From the NCBI RefSeq assembly GCF_009914755.1, contig NC_060944.1: a stretch of DNA of 64,000 nucleotides; one strand, 5' to 3'. Below are positions 36,120 to 63,398 of the stretch, piece by piece (position 1 is the stretch's first letter; the number at the start of each line of letters is the position of its first letter). The notes beneath the pieces were generated by a model. It worked only from the letters and a program-made list of their open reading frames with translations, was not told the DNA's origin and searched no databases. Made by a program: the position numbers and the translations under genes. This stretch comes from the human T2T-CHM13v2.0 reference genome, Homo sapiens.

Positions 36120-38338
36120 GTAAGGACAGTCCCCCAACTGTGGAACTCTCCCCAGAGAGTGTCTTTTCCAGCTTTGTCATTTTACAGATGAGAAAACTGA
36201 GGCCCAGAGAGGGGAAGAGACTTGCCTGAGGTCACACAGTAAATGGGTGGCAGGGCCAGGGCTTGGATCTATGTCCTGACCCCCATCCAGTGCTTCCCAC
36301 CTCACAGGTGATCACTAGGCATTGCAATTTTCCGATGCTGTAGGAGTAAGGAAAGATCAAGGAGACAGCAGATCCAATGGGTCTCCTTGGTCTCCATCTG
36401 AGGTTGAAGGGAGACTAGGGAGGGAAACCCCAGGCTCTGCTTTGTAAGAGCTCAGAGCCAAGCTGGGGCACCCAGGAGTGGGAGTATGTGCCAGGCAGAA
36501 AGAGGGAGGAAGGGACTTCTGGTGGGGGAAACCATGAGCAAAGGATGGGGGTGGTTGGGGGTAGCAGGAAACACTCATCACAGGTAGGGTGGATTATTTG
36601 CACGGTCAGGTTCAATTTGTGATTTTTGAGGCTCAGGGCAGTCGGGGGTTGAGGAAGGCTTCCTGGTAGATGAGGCAAGTGCTGAAATTAGGACTTGAGG
36701 GTTGAGTCAGTGATAGATGGATGGAGGGAAGGCATTCTAAAAGGGAGGGGCAGCTGAGGACAAGCACATTCAGAAACAAAACCCTAGCATTAGCCATTTG
36801 TCCCAGAGACACCCGCATGACCACGTTACCTGAAGCCACTTATTATTCTGAAAGGGCAAAAAAAGACCCTGCCCTGAGTGACCCTAACACCTGGCATCAG
36901 TTCTGGCCTGGGGACGGGAGACTGGGGTGAGGCTCAGTCACCCCGTCTGTGAGATGGGGCTGGGGCTGGAGGAGACCTTCACCAAGCCCCTCCCAGCTCT
37001 GTTGCCTGGCTCAGAATTTCACAGCCCCTTTGGGGATGATTTTTAAAGAGATTTGACATGGGGTGTGCCGGGACATGAGCACACGTCATGGCACGCACCT
37101 GTGCATTCACAGTGGTCGAGAAGCGCTACTGTGGATTATTTTAAGCCCAGATATATCTTCCATTTAGTGAATATTGACTATTGGCTTGAACACTTCTCGA
37201 TACTTAAGCTCCTTTTCATCCCTCAGGTCTCAGCCTAAATGTTTCCTCCATAAGGAGTCCGTCCCTGACCCCTTTATCCCATATCCCACCCTATTGCTTC
37301 TCGTTCCCTGCCAGACTTTAGGATTTAGGAGGAGCAGGGCTGTCTCTGCCACCGAGATAAAAGAGACAAGCCCGGTCTGCTTGGCACAGAGAAGACACCC
37401 AATAGATGTGAGCCGAATGAATGAATGAGTGAATGAGTGAATGAATGCAGGCATTGGCTTGGACTGGGAAGGCAGGCCCATGGTAAGGGCCCATCTTAGT
37501 TTGTGCATTAGGTGAGCCCTCAGTGACTTAGCCCGCTGAGAGCAAGAGAGAGTCTGGTGGGAACCTCCTCTCTCTGGGTGGACATAGGCCCTGCTCCCAT
37601 GGGCCCTGCCTTCATTCTTTTCAGCCAAAGCTCAAAACTGAAATATACACTTGGCCCTTGGTTGGAAGAGTTTCAGATCTTGGTAAGTAAGAGGGAAGGA
37701 TTTCTATGGGCCCGGGGTGGGGTAGGGCTTTCCTGGGAACCTGAAAAGGTCTGGGGTGGGAGGTCCTTATGCTAGGAGACCTAATGTCTGTGCCTCAGTT
37801 TCTCTATCGGAGAGGCGATGTCTCAAGAGGCCTTTCAGGGCTCAGAATTGAGCTTTCTGAGTTCCACATGGAAGTGAGCTGAGCTGGAAGAGGTGGGGAG
37901 GGACCCTGGCTGTAGGGTCAAGGTGGGGACACAGGGCTCCCCACTCCCACAATGCCGTGTGGGGCTCAAGGAAAGTCTGGAACTCTCTCTGTGGCTCCAG
38001 CATTCAGCCGTCCTTGAACCCATGAAAAACTGCAGTTGAACCTTCCTCCAACCCCATCTTGCAGGCTGGTCAGAACACACCATGTCCATGGGGAAACTGA
38101 GGCTTACAGAGGGAAATGAGCTAGCTGGGGGTGGCTGGAGGCCCTGTGTTTAATCTGGGGGTTCCTCAATCCCTTGGAAGAGGGCAGTGCTCATGTTTGC
38201 TGAACTGGCTGGAGTCTAAAGGCTCTTGGACCCCAGAAACATCCAGGGGGCTCAATCTGCTCTGAGACAGAAGGTCCCCAAGGGGACCAGGGTCTGGTGG
38301 GCTGCGCCCAATTCAGGCCCCTTGGCACAGGTGGTGCC

Positions 38339-50738
<12,400 letters not shown>

Positions 50739-50899
50739 CCATGGCAGGACTCCCCTGCCAGCTGCCTGCCTACCACCAACCACCTGCACCCCATGGAGGA
50801 GACCCCCTGATTGGAGCCAGGTGGGCCTGGCCCCCTACCACTGGTGGCTGCCTCCTTTGACAAGGAGTGAATGGGTCAGGCCTGGGCTGGAGCCTTGCC

Positions 50900-50905
50900 A
50901 ATAAA
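50900..50905 (+). terminator. BPIFB6: BPIFB6 polyadenylation signal
   Basis: AATAAA about 160 nt after the stop codon, followed by a T/GT-rich tract at 50940-51000. Confidence 0.75.
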
Positions 50906-51609
50906 CAGGAGAAAGGCTCTTATAAATATCTGATACTTCGGTCTCTTTATTTTTTTAAGTGACAAATCTGTGTGTGGCGATTCTTTCCTTTTGGTGGGTT
51001 TTGGGGTCTAAGACCAGCTTGGGATCTGGAGGGAAGCTGGTCACAGCTTGGGGGAGTTCTTGGGCACATATTGAGTACCTGCTCAATGCCATGCCCAGGG
51101 CTTTACTTGTACCATCTCGTTTAATCTACACAATAACTCTATTGGTGGAGGGCAAGTGTCATCCCCACCTTACAGATGAGGAAATTGAGGCACAGGGAGG
51201 CCAACTCCCTTGTCCAAGGTCACATAGTTTAGCAAGTGGCAAAGCTCTTCCCACCTTAGCTGTGTGCAAAATCTTGGCAACTTGAAGATGGCTGTATTCC
51301 CTTGGAACCTGTTACACCAGGAGCCTTCCCTGTGTCACCTTCTTTAATCCTCACAGCAGTTGACGGGGGTGAGAAAGGTCCTCATTTCACTGATGAGATT
51401 GAGGCTCAGAGAGGTGGCATGACTGGCTTAAGCCACCTGGCAAGTCAGGAGGCAGAGCTAGGATTGGAATTTGGGCTGTGAAGCCAGCTTGCCTGGGTTC
51501 AAATCCTTCCTCTGCCTCCTCTTTGCTGTGTGTCCTGGGCAAGTCACATCACCAATCTGAGCCTTAGTTTCCTCACCTGTAAAATGAGAATGATGGCAGT
51601 ACCAACCTC

Positions 51610-52682
51610 TGTTGCGGGAAGTCAGGGAACCCGAACGGAGGGACCAGCTGAAGCCATGGCAGAAGAATATAATATAAATTGTGAAGATTTCATGGACATT
51701 TGTCAGTTCCCCAAGTTAATACTTTTATAATTTCTTATGCCTGTCTTTACTGCAATCTCTGAACATAAGTTGTGAAGATTTCATGGACATTTATCACTTC
51801 CTCAATCAATACTTTTATAATTTCCTACGCCTGTCTTTACTTTAATCTCTTAATCCTGTCATCTTCGTAAGCTGAGGATGTATGTCGCCTCAGAACCCTG
51901 TGATGATTGTGTTATCTGCACAAATTGTTTGTAAAGCGTGTGTATTTGAACAATATGAAATCTGGGAACCTTGAAAAGAACAGGATAACAGTGATTTTCA
52001 GGGAACAAGGGAGATAACCATAAAGTCTGACTGCCTGCTAGGCCGGGCAGAACAGAGTCATATTTCTTTTCTTTCAGAAAGCGAATAGGAGAAATATCGC
52101 TGAATTCTTTTCTCAGCAAGGAATAACCCTGGGAAAACGAATGCATTCTCAGGGGGAGGTCTCTAAAATGGCCGCTCTGGGAGTGTCTGTCTTATGCAGT
52201 TGTACATAAGGGACGAAATACGCCCTGGTCTCCTGCAGCGCCCCCAGGCTTGTTAGGATTGGGAAATTCCAGCCTGGAGAAATTCTAGTCAGACCGATTG
52301 TCTGCTCTCGAACCCTGTTTCCTGTTAAGATGTTTATCAATGACAATGTGTGCCCAGTGGAACATGGAACCTCATTAGCAATTCTAATTTTACCCTGGCC
52401 TTGTGATCTTGCTCTGCCCCCATTTGTCTTGTGATATTTTATTGCCTTTGAAGCACGTGATCTCTGTGACCCACACCCTATTCATACACTCCCTCCCCTT
52501 TGAAAATCACTAATAAAAACTTGTTGGTTTTGCAGCTTGGGGGCATCATGGAACCTGCCGACATATGATGTCACCTCCGGAGACCCAGCTGTAAAATTTC
52601 TTTCTTTTGTACTCTTTCTCTTTTACTTAGGGAAAATAGTAAAGAACCTACATTGAAATATTGGGGGCTGGTTCCCTCGATA
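51610..52682 (+). mobile_element. MER11-type solo LTR (HERV-K11/HML-8 family) inserted into a MIR
   Basis: Starts TGTTGCGGGAAGTCAGGGA, ends TTGGGGGCTGGTTCCCTCGATA, about 1.07 kb, internal duplicated TGTGAAGATTTCATGGACATTT, AATAAA near 52512, 6-bp TSD AACCTC. Confidence 0.85.
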
Positions 52683-54207
52683 AACCTCAGTACCAACCTC
52701 AGCAGAGTCATTGTGAGGATCACATGAGTGAAATCTTAAAAGGTACTTAGTACAGTGCCTGGCACAGAGTAAGTGCTCAACAAATGTTAGCCACAGGTGG
52801 GTTTTTGAGTCAGAGAGATGTGCACAAGTGTTTTTGTGTTGGTGTGTGGGCAAGTAACTATGTGGCCCTGAACCAGCGCACATATCAGTGTATAAATAGC
52901 CTGTGGATGAGTGACCTGGTGGGAGGGTCTGTGCAGAGGCAGGGCCAAGAGTGGAGGTTTGTGTGTGAAAGGCCCCTGGTGTCCATCCGTGCCTGTGTGT
53001 GTCTGTGTTCCCATGTTAACTTGCACATAGTCTGTGCCAAGGGTGTTTCTATGTCTTTCATTCATGTGAGGATCAGCTCCCTGACATTTGCCGTATCTGT
53101 CCCCAGTGCCTCTCCTGGGATTCACACTGATGCTATTCTTTAAACTGACTCCTTTTTTACATAAATTATGTTTACATGTAATCAAGTTAAAATACATCTT
53201 AAATGTATTCTTTAAAAAAATCTGTCAAACGATTAAACTAAATCAATTTGTGAAGGAAACAGTAAGATGTTGCATCTAGCTTGAAGGAGAATTCAAAGTG
53301 CAGACACATACACAAGCCATCAGGGATGTGGAAACGAATTTGCCAGAGGCTTGTTCTGTCCTTCACATGCATTCCTGTGGTTCATCTACAGCTTCCAGAG
53401 TTGAAGAGTAGCTGAAAAATACACTATTGATGATACAGCTCAGAGGCAGGCAATGAGTAAAGATCCAGAGATATTTTGAGGTAACAAAAATAATTTTAAC
53501 GCTAGTTAATGAGGAAAATTATTTCTTAGTGCTCATCAAAAACATGACTTTCCCATTCAGGTTTATTTGTAAATCAGATAGAACTACCATCTCACTTTAT
53601 CAGTTCTATCCAATGTTAACATTAACACCAAGAAGAGGAAGCAGTATATGACAGAAATATATGTGTATGTGTGTATATATATATATATACACACACACAC
53701 ATACACACATAAATTGTATACATATATGGATAGTTTACATTTCCCAGGCAGTGTTCAGAAAAACTAAAATAAAAAAAGAAACAAACACAAATATAATTTT
53801 ATTTTGTCTTAGGACAAATATAATTATTTTGTCTTAAGAAAATCATATATTTTACATATATATATATACACATACATATATATAATGCCTACATGCATAT
53901 TAATATATATGTATGTATGTACATTCACTTTATCATATGCTACATCCGATTGATTTTTTAGATGGTAATTCAAGTTTGATCTTTGTTCTGGGCTACTGTG
54001 TTTTCTCTCAACTGTCAAGTTACGTCTTATCAATACTTTAGAGAGTGGGTCAAGGCAACACGGGATGAAAAGGCAGACTTCAGGAGGCTAAAATCACTAG
54101 TGATGTAGGGGGCAATGTGGGAGTTATCGACTTCCTCTGTCTTTCCCCCAGTAGTGTTGACCATGAGAGTGGCCTAGGAGGACCACCATGTAGACTCCGA
54201 CTCCCTC

Positions 54208-54885
54208 TCACTCGTAGTGGGGCAAACCAAACAGCTGGGGCTGGAAGTCCTGCAGGGAACTCAGCAACAGGGAGGCCTTTCTGGTCAGGTCTTGGCTCAA
54301 GTTTCCATCTGGAACCATGACCACCTGCATCCTGGCGTCCAGGGCTGCCTCCACCTTGTTGGGCACATCTTCAAAGACAGGGCACTCCTCCACAGGAGGA
54401 GGAAGAGAGAACCTCCTGGCACAAGTCAGGAATATGGCAGGGTCGGGCTTGCTGCTCTTCACTTCGGGTCGTCTCCCAGCATGATGTGATGGAAGACTGA
54501 AGAGTTCTTGTGCCTGCTTGTCTTCACCTCGAAGGATGCAGACTTTGAGCTGGTGGCCACGGCAAAGGGGATGTTGTGTTTCCGAAGGTGGAGGATGAGT
54601 TTCTCAGCCCCCTGGCATGAGCGCTGCAGTGGGGAACACATCCCTTGGCCTGGCTTGGCTTTCTTCCAACAGCTCTTCCACCAGGAGCTGCAGGACATCC
54701 ACGACCACCTGCGCCACCTCCAACGCCTTCTTACCCATGACCAGGGACTTCACATCCCCGGTGTATTCCTTTTCATAGCGATCACATATGTCTTGAAACA
54801 CCACTGAACAGAGCCTTTCAGTGTCCAGAAGCAGGCCATCCACGTCGAAGAGGAGGTGGGTGGTGGGCCGCAGGGGTACAGCCAT
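54208..54885 (-). pseudogene. PUDPP3: Processed pseudogene of PUDP (HDHD1, pseudouridine-5'-phosphatase, HAD family); probably the copy named PUDPP3
   Basis: Intronless [23 protein letters not shown]...ATSS...KPDPAIF...VFED...FQPQLFGLPHYE* spread over several frames; HAD motifs present; frameshifts near 54610 and 54460-54505. Copy number in the symbol is from memory. Confidence 0.88.
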
Positions 54886-55032
54886 AATGCCTCTGCTTGG
54901 GCTGCATTGGGGCAACCAGGAGGTGTGCACATACCCACCAGCCCCGCACACGCACTGCAGGTTCCAGAAAAGGACTTCTAAGTGGAGCCTGCAAATCAGT
55001 GTCACTTGCTTAATGTCTTTTTTAAAAATCTA

Positions 55033-55393
<361 letters not shown>

Positions 55394-55431
55394 TTATGGG
55401 GGTGGCGGCTATGTGTGTCCATATGTCTGTT

Positions 55432-55480
<49 letters not shown>
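55432..55480 (+). repeat. (TG)n microsatellite
   Basis: About 24 perfect GT units. Confidence 0.95.
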
Positions 55481-55481
<1 letters not shown>

Positions 55482-57507
55482 AGAATGTCTGTCTCCCTGG
55501 GGTGAGGCTCTGGATGTGGGAGATTGGGGGCGTCTTTGTGAGTGGGTCTGTGTCTGGGCACATTCATGTGTGTGTGGGTGGTGTCGTGTAGCCAGAGGCC
55601 TGATTAGGTCACTGCTCCCCTAGCCATGGGGCCCTGGCAGGTAAGCCCTCTCCCAGCCTAGCCCAGGCCCATGCCACAGAGGAAGGAGGGCCCATCTTGC
55701 CTCATCCCAGATGCCAGGGCTGTTCCCCTGTCCCTCAACATGAGCTCTAATCCCGTCACTAATCGTCTCCCCAGCTCTGGGACAATGGCAGCCTTGAGGG
55801 AGGCCTGGCAGGTTCAGATGCCAGGGTAATCCATGGGCTGCTGATGCCTGGCCCTGGGCGTGCCAGAGACGCCCCTCTGCCCCCAACCCACCCTTGGATG
55901 TTCCCACAGCACACTTATGGCTACCTAAAGCCTTGCTGCCACCCTCTCCAGGCTCAGTGTGCTGATGGGGAAACCAAGGCACAAGCTGTTAGGGTTTGAA
56001 GGCCTGGCTTCTTGCCAGGCCTTGGGTACTGTGTGGCCTTGAACAAGCCACAACTCCTCTCTCAACCTCAGTTTACTCATCTTTACAGTAAGGAAGGGGT
56101 TGGATGCTCTGACCTCTAATCTGATGTCAACAGTCTTTGAGTGGTCAGTTCCTCCAGATTCACCCTGAGCAGAAAATGTGGGCTGGACTGGCAAGGGATC
56201 CCTACTCCATGACCCCACTTCCTGGGGAGGCAGTGATAGGAGGTCTGCTGGGCACTGCTCACCTCCCAGAATCCTCCAATCCCAGATAAGGAAGTAGAGG
56301 CCCAGAAAGATGAAGTGGCCCGCCCAAGGGCACGTGGCACATGTGGAGCTGGACTTGAACCCTATCTTCCTGAGTTCAAGTCTCTTCCTCACTCCTTCAC
56401 ACCACACTCAGCAGTGGAATGCAGTGTTCTCCTTTCAAGAAAGTGAGGCTCAAGGCTACAGAGTCAGAAAAGAGCAGAGGGAGGTCTTCGATTCTGGGCC
56501 CACAGCTATTGACCCCCCGGGACCTGTCAGACAGCCTCACCCTGGGAAAATGAAGCCACACGATGTTCCCCACACCTGTGTTCATACCAGTACCCACTTA
56601 CCTTGCCTTCTCCCTTCTCAGCCCACTCTCAGCTCGAGTAGCATGGGGAGGCCTCCCAGGGATCTCACCACCATCTGCACCCTTGGCCCCCCTCCCTTGA
56701 TGCCTTAAATTTCATTTCTAGGATACCTGTCCTCACAGCCATACCAATTAGGTGAGGAGGGCCACCTTTAATATGAGCCCATTTTGCAGATGGGAGAACT
56801 GTGGCTCTGTGAGTTAAGTCACTCAATTGTGAGTGACAGAGCCAGAATGTGGACCCAGAAATTTTGGCTCCAGAGCCTTTACTCTAGGAACTAATGCCCA
56901 GGGGTATTTCTCCTCATCAAGTCCCTCCCCTGCTCTAATCCCTTCCTTGGCTTCCCATCACCCTCACCAGGGATATCAAAAGGGCTGCACATCATATTGC
57001 CTTGGGGGCTTGTTAAACGTCCCCCTAGGTGCTTGTCAGTGGAATCAGTGTTGCCAAAGGTGAGGCCAAGAGATATGTATTTTAATGAATCCCTTCCCGT
57101 GGGCAGGCCCAATCCCTGACCTGGCTTTGGTGCATGAGGGGATATGGGGACGCCTGGGGAGCTTATGGGTGTGTCAGAGTCCCCTGTTGGGTGGGGATCG
57201 GGAAGGAGGAGGAGAGACGAAGCAGGCCAGAAACAACTAGGTAGCATTTTCCTCTCTTCCAAGAGGCTAGGCTGGGCAGTGGTTAAGACAATGAGTGTTA
57301 GACGGTCTGGCTGGACTCCTGTGTGACATCCGGCAAGCTGCTTACCCTTGCTGAGCCTTGGCTTCTTGAGTGTAAGAAGAGGAAATAATAACAGCACTGA
57401 TCTCACTGGGTCTTTGTGGTGACTAGATGTGCTCACATACAGCAGGTGCCTTGTACACGGTATGTGCTGAATAAATACTAGTGTTAGTTTTCTTTCCTCT
57501 TCCTTCA

Positions 57508-58410
<903 letters not shown>

Positions 58411-58775
58411 AGTGTGGTGTGGTTGAGTAACCTGGTCCAGGGCCTAAAGTCATCAGAATGAACATTGTAGGGTGAGGGCTTTAGAGATGATTGAGGTAAA
58501 CAAGGCAAATGCCATCCTTCTTCCCCATCTTAGCAGGCAGAGGTTCAGGGCCCCACGCAGGAGACAGACCCACAGACTCACAGAGCCACAGACACAGTGA
58601 CAGCTTGGCATGTCACAGATTCTGAGAGAGGAAATCCCAGGGGACTGTGGGAGCTCAGAGGTGATACCTCATGCAGCTTGGGGCTCATGAAGGCTTCCTG
58701 GAGGAAGGGATGCCTGAGCTGGTGCCTTCAGAGGAATTGCCAATGAAAGCCAAAGTCTGTAAATCCATACAGTAG

Positions 58776-59577
<802 letters not shown>

Positions 59578-60574
59578 CCCAACTTACTGTATTATGTGCT
59601 TATTTGTCCCTTTCAGAGCTGTGCTTTCCAATATGACAGCCAATAGCCATACAAGGCGATTGCCTGAAGTGCGACAAGTCCAAATCTTGGTGTGCTGTAA
59701 GCAGATTTTGAAAACTTAGTATGAGAAAAAGAAAGTAAAGTACCCCATTCATAATTTTCTGTTGGTTATATGTTAAATGAGAATATTTTGGATTTGGTGG
59801 GGGTAAATAAACTAGACTATTATAATTAATTTCACCTGTTTCTTTTTGCCTTTCAAAAAATGTGGCTACTAGAAAGTTTTAAATTGCATTGCATTTCCAC
59901 TAGTCGGCTCCTTCAGGGCAGGGGAGATTGTCTCTTTTATTTACAGCGATTTCCCCAGCATCTAGCAGACAGTGGGTGCCTCACAAATGCCTGCAGTGGA
60001 GTGAATGAATGGACGCATTTCTCGTCGCTGTCATCTGCACCAGCCTCGGAAAGGGGACAAAGCTCTGGAACTCTGGGGATACTGAGCCTTGGGAGGTGGG
60101 GGTGGAGTTGATGCCCCTCCCCCAAGTGTGCCCAGAGTCCCTGTCTCCAGGCCCATAGCCCTCTCCATGTGAGGCCTGGTGCGGGGGGAGGGTGGCGGAA
60201 GGTAGAAGACCCAGCAGCTTTAAGTCCCTTCTTTCCCTCCGTAGGCCTTCGCTGGGGAAGGGGTGGGGTAGGCAGGGTAGATTCTGTGCCATTGGAATGG
60301 CTCTTGGGGAGCCTTGGAGGGAGCCCAATAGGTGGCTGAATGGGTAGGTGGCAGGGCCCCACACCTCACCCCTGGCTCTGAGGGAGGTGGCTGCCTGTGC
60401 AGCCCCCACGCCTTCACTCCCACTCCTGGGCACCGACCCCAGTCCCCTTACTCGCCTCCAAGGAGGAAGGCTTAGCCCAGGCCCTCGGGGAAAACCGCAA
60501 TTTGCTTCTGACATGACATATTGACGGGATTCTGGCGGCCGTGGCCCCTTTGTGTCCTCAGAGCCGCGTGGGCA

Positions 60575-60582
60575 TATAAGGG
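60575..60582 (+). promoter_or_regulatory. BPIFB3: TATA box of BPIFB3
   Basis: CATATAAGGGC in a locally CpG-enriched segment, followed by a strong donor at 60665|60666. Confidence 0.65.
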
Positions 60583-60604
60583 CCACCCCTCAGCTCGCGT
60601 GGGT

Positions 60605-60665
60605 GGAGGAACCGACAGGAGGCCGGGAGCCCCCACCTACCCCTTGTGGAGCTGCAGGAGCAAGG
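60605..60665 (+). other. BPIFB3: Candidate BPIFB3 non-coding exon 1 (start approximate)
   Basis: ATG-free, ends GCAAGG|gtaaga; acceptor ttatag| at 62121/62122, 2 nt before the ATG. Confidence 0.65.
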
Positions 60666-62123
60666 GTAAGACAGCCTGAGGCAGCCCTGCTCTTGTCCTG
60701 ACGCCCAGCCGTTGACCCCACTGCCTTCTGCCCTCCCATATGAATGATGGGCACGGAAAGAACTCACCCTAGGAGGAGACTGGGGGTACCAAGAGGGTGG
60801 ATGAAGAGAAAAACCATGTTACAGATCTGGGGCCCAGAGAGAGGCAAAGACTTGTATATATTCACAGCCGGAGGGGTGGGCAGGGGATCCCTGTCCATAG
60901 GATGATCCTATGGAGAGAGTTCCAGGAGTGCCCATTTTTCTCCTGGCCAGTGACATGCTGCTGAATTTCTATCCCCTGCCCCCTCAGCAGGGACCCCTTC
61001 TGACACACAACCACGCACAGAGGCCTTAGACATGGTCCCTGCCTTCATGGAGTTTACAGGGAAGAGAAATAAGGACACAAACAGATGCATAATTGCAAAT
61101 GGAGATCAGCACCTTAAAGTAAATATTCTGCGTGATGTTTAGTGACAGACGGATTTCTTTAGACAAAGTGAAGGACGGAGGCCTCTCCAGGGAGGCAATG
61201 TTTATCCGGAATCTCAATGATAAGGAGTCAGCCATGCAAAGAAGCAGGGAGGAGCCTTCCTAACAAGGAACCGCATGTGCAAAGGCCCTGGGGTGGGAAG
61301 GGGCCTGGCATGTTTAAGCTCAAGGAGGTCAAAAAGGCAGGCAGGGATTTTGTGGGTAATGGCAAGAAGCCTGGGTTTCAACCCAGGGCAGCGGGGAGCC
61401 ACTGAAGGGTTTAAGCAGGAGTGATGGGTGGGCATAGATGGATATGTGATTGGGTGGGCAAATACGGAACTGCTTAAAGAAAAATCCCACTCTGTGAACT
61501 TAGCAGATTAGCCATGCCCCCACCTGCCACCCCATTCCCTTTTTCAACAAGATTTGGGGTGGAGGTGGGGGAAGGAGAAAGATAAGACATGTTAAGTCTA
61601 AGTGTTGGGTGTCCCCAGTCAGCTAGACCTTCTGAAACAGCCTCATGAGCCAGTGGGAAGCAGCTGCTGGAAACAAAGCTCTCATCCTGCTGTCCTGGAG
61701 GGGGAAGCCCCTCTGTCTGCAGCTGTCACTCCAGACACCCGGCCAGGCTCACTGGGCCTCTGAGGATGAAGATTTTTATGTCAGATGGACTCAGGCTTGA
61801 ATTCTGACTGTCTCTGATTAGTTCTGTGGCCTTGGTCTAGTCCCCTACCCCTTTCGGTCTCAGTTTTCCCAGCTGAGAAATGGAACCCAATGAGGGAGAG
61901 GCTTGGAAAGTGCCTTGGAGACTTGAGTGCATTGGCAGCTGCACCGTGCCACCTGCGTGTTAGCTCTGCTTACATTTGGGAGGAGAAGGCTTTCCTGGGA
62001 GTGAAGCTCAATTTGGGCTGTGCCAGGTGGGCAGGAAGGGGGAAGGCTGATAATGGGAACAGAGAGGGGAAAGGCTTGAGCAGGAGAAGGGTCTCAGAGT
62101 TCCTCCTTCTGCTCCTTATAGGC

Positions 62124-62247
62124 ATGCAGCCAGTCATGCTGGCCCTGTGGTCCCTGCTTCTGCTCTGGGGCCTGGCGACTCCATGCCAGGAGCTGCTAGA
62201 GACGGTGGGCACGCTCGCTCGGATTGACAAGGATGAACTCGGCAAAG
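62124..62247 (+). CDS. BPIFB3: BPIFB3 (RYA3/LPLUNC3) coding exon 1, signal peptide
   Basis: [42 protein letters not shown]|gtgagc. Confidence 0.93.
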
Positions 62248-63241
62248 GTGAGCCCCAGGTGGGCAGTCTGTGAGGGGGCTGCTGCAATGTCAACGACTCA
62301 ATCTATATGCTTAGAGCATCTGCTTTAAGAGCAGATAAGAGCAGGTTGTGATTCTCAGCTGCTTAGAGAGCACATTCTCCTGGGAGTAGCTGTGCAGGAG
62401 TGAAGGTTTCCCTTGCAGGCTTGAATGGGCGATGAATTCCCTCTTACGGGAGGTGGACTGGGTGATATGGGCTGAGGCTGTTTGGGGACTGTGTGTGGCT
62501 CAGGGACAGGGACAGAGTGAGGTTGAAGAGGTCGAGGGGAGGGTGCTAGCTGGGCCAGTGTCTCTGCCTCACATCACTAGGGTAAGGGAACTGTACTTGG
62601 CATTTGGTACTACAGAGCCCGGTGGCCTGTGGTGACAGTCTCAGGGATAGAGTAGATTGGTCATGAGCAGGAAATGCTTCAGAGAGGCCCCCTGGCCTGC
62701 CTCTACTCTACAGGGCCATTCCTCCATCCTGCCCTTCCCACAGTCTGCACAGAGTCAGGCCTGGAGTGCCCAGGAGAGAAGCAGAGACCATCTCCTCCAA
62801 CTTGATTGAGCCCTGGTGGCTACAAGCTCCCCCTTCTTTGCCCTCCCTTTCAGTGCTGTAGGGCAGTCCAGGATCAGGAGCCAAGTTACACTACTGACCC
62901 CAACCCAATTTGCTGTGTGACTTTGGACACGTCTCTGCCCCTCTCTGAGCCTCAGTTTTCCCACTGGTAAAATGAAGGGATTGTTATGAGATTTGCTCAT
63001 TCATTCTCCAAACACTTACTGGGTACCTCCCACATGCCAGGCAGGGAGGGTGGCCACAGGCCCTGCGGTGGGAGTAAGAGGCTGTTATGGCTTAATGGGT
63101 TCCACCATTTGAGTGTAACCTCTGGGTTAATTCCATTTTTAAAAAGAAGCCTACTCAATCTCAGAGGAAGGAGGCAGCTGCCATGGTCCTGGGGGTGAGG
63201 TTGGAGTTTCTAGTACCTTCCTACTTCCACTCTCTCTGCAG

Positions 63242-63398
63242 CCATCCAGAACTCACTGGTTGGGGAGCCCATTCTGCAGAATGTGCTGGGATCGGTCACA
63301 GCTGTGAACCGGGGCCTCTTGGGCTCAGGAGGGCTGCTTGGAGGAGGCGGCTTGCTGGGCCACGGAGGGGTTTTTGGCGTTGTCGAGGAGCTCTCTGG
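63242..63398 (+). CDS. BPIFB3: BPIFB3 coding exon 2 (Gly/Leu-rich); gene continues beyond the right edge
   Basis: ctgcag|..[51 protein letters not shown]..|gtgagt; phase matches the previous exon. Confidence 0.92.

Noticed and set aside
59981-60586. 201-aa antisense ORF over the BPIFB3 promoter
   Set aside because: Pro/Gly/Arg-rich GC-driven frame with no recognisable domain.
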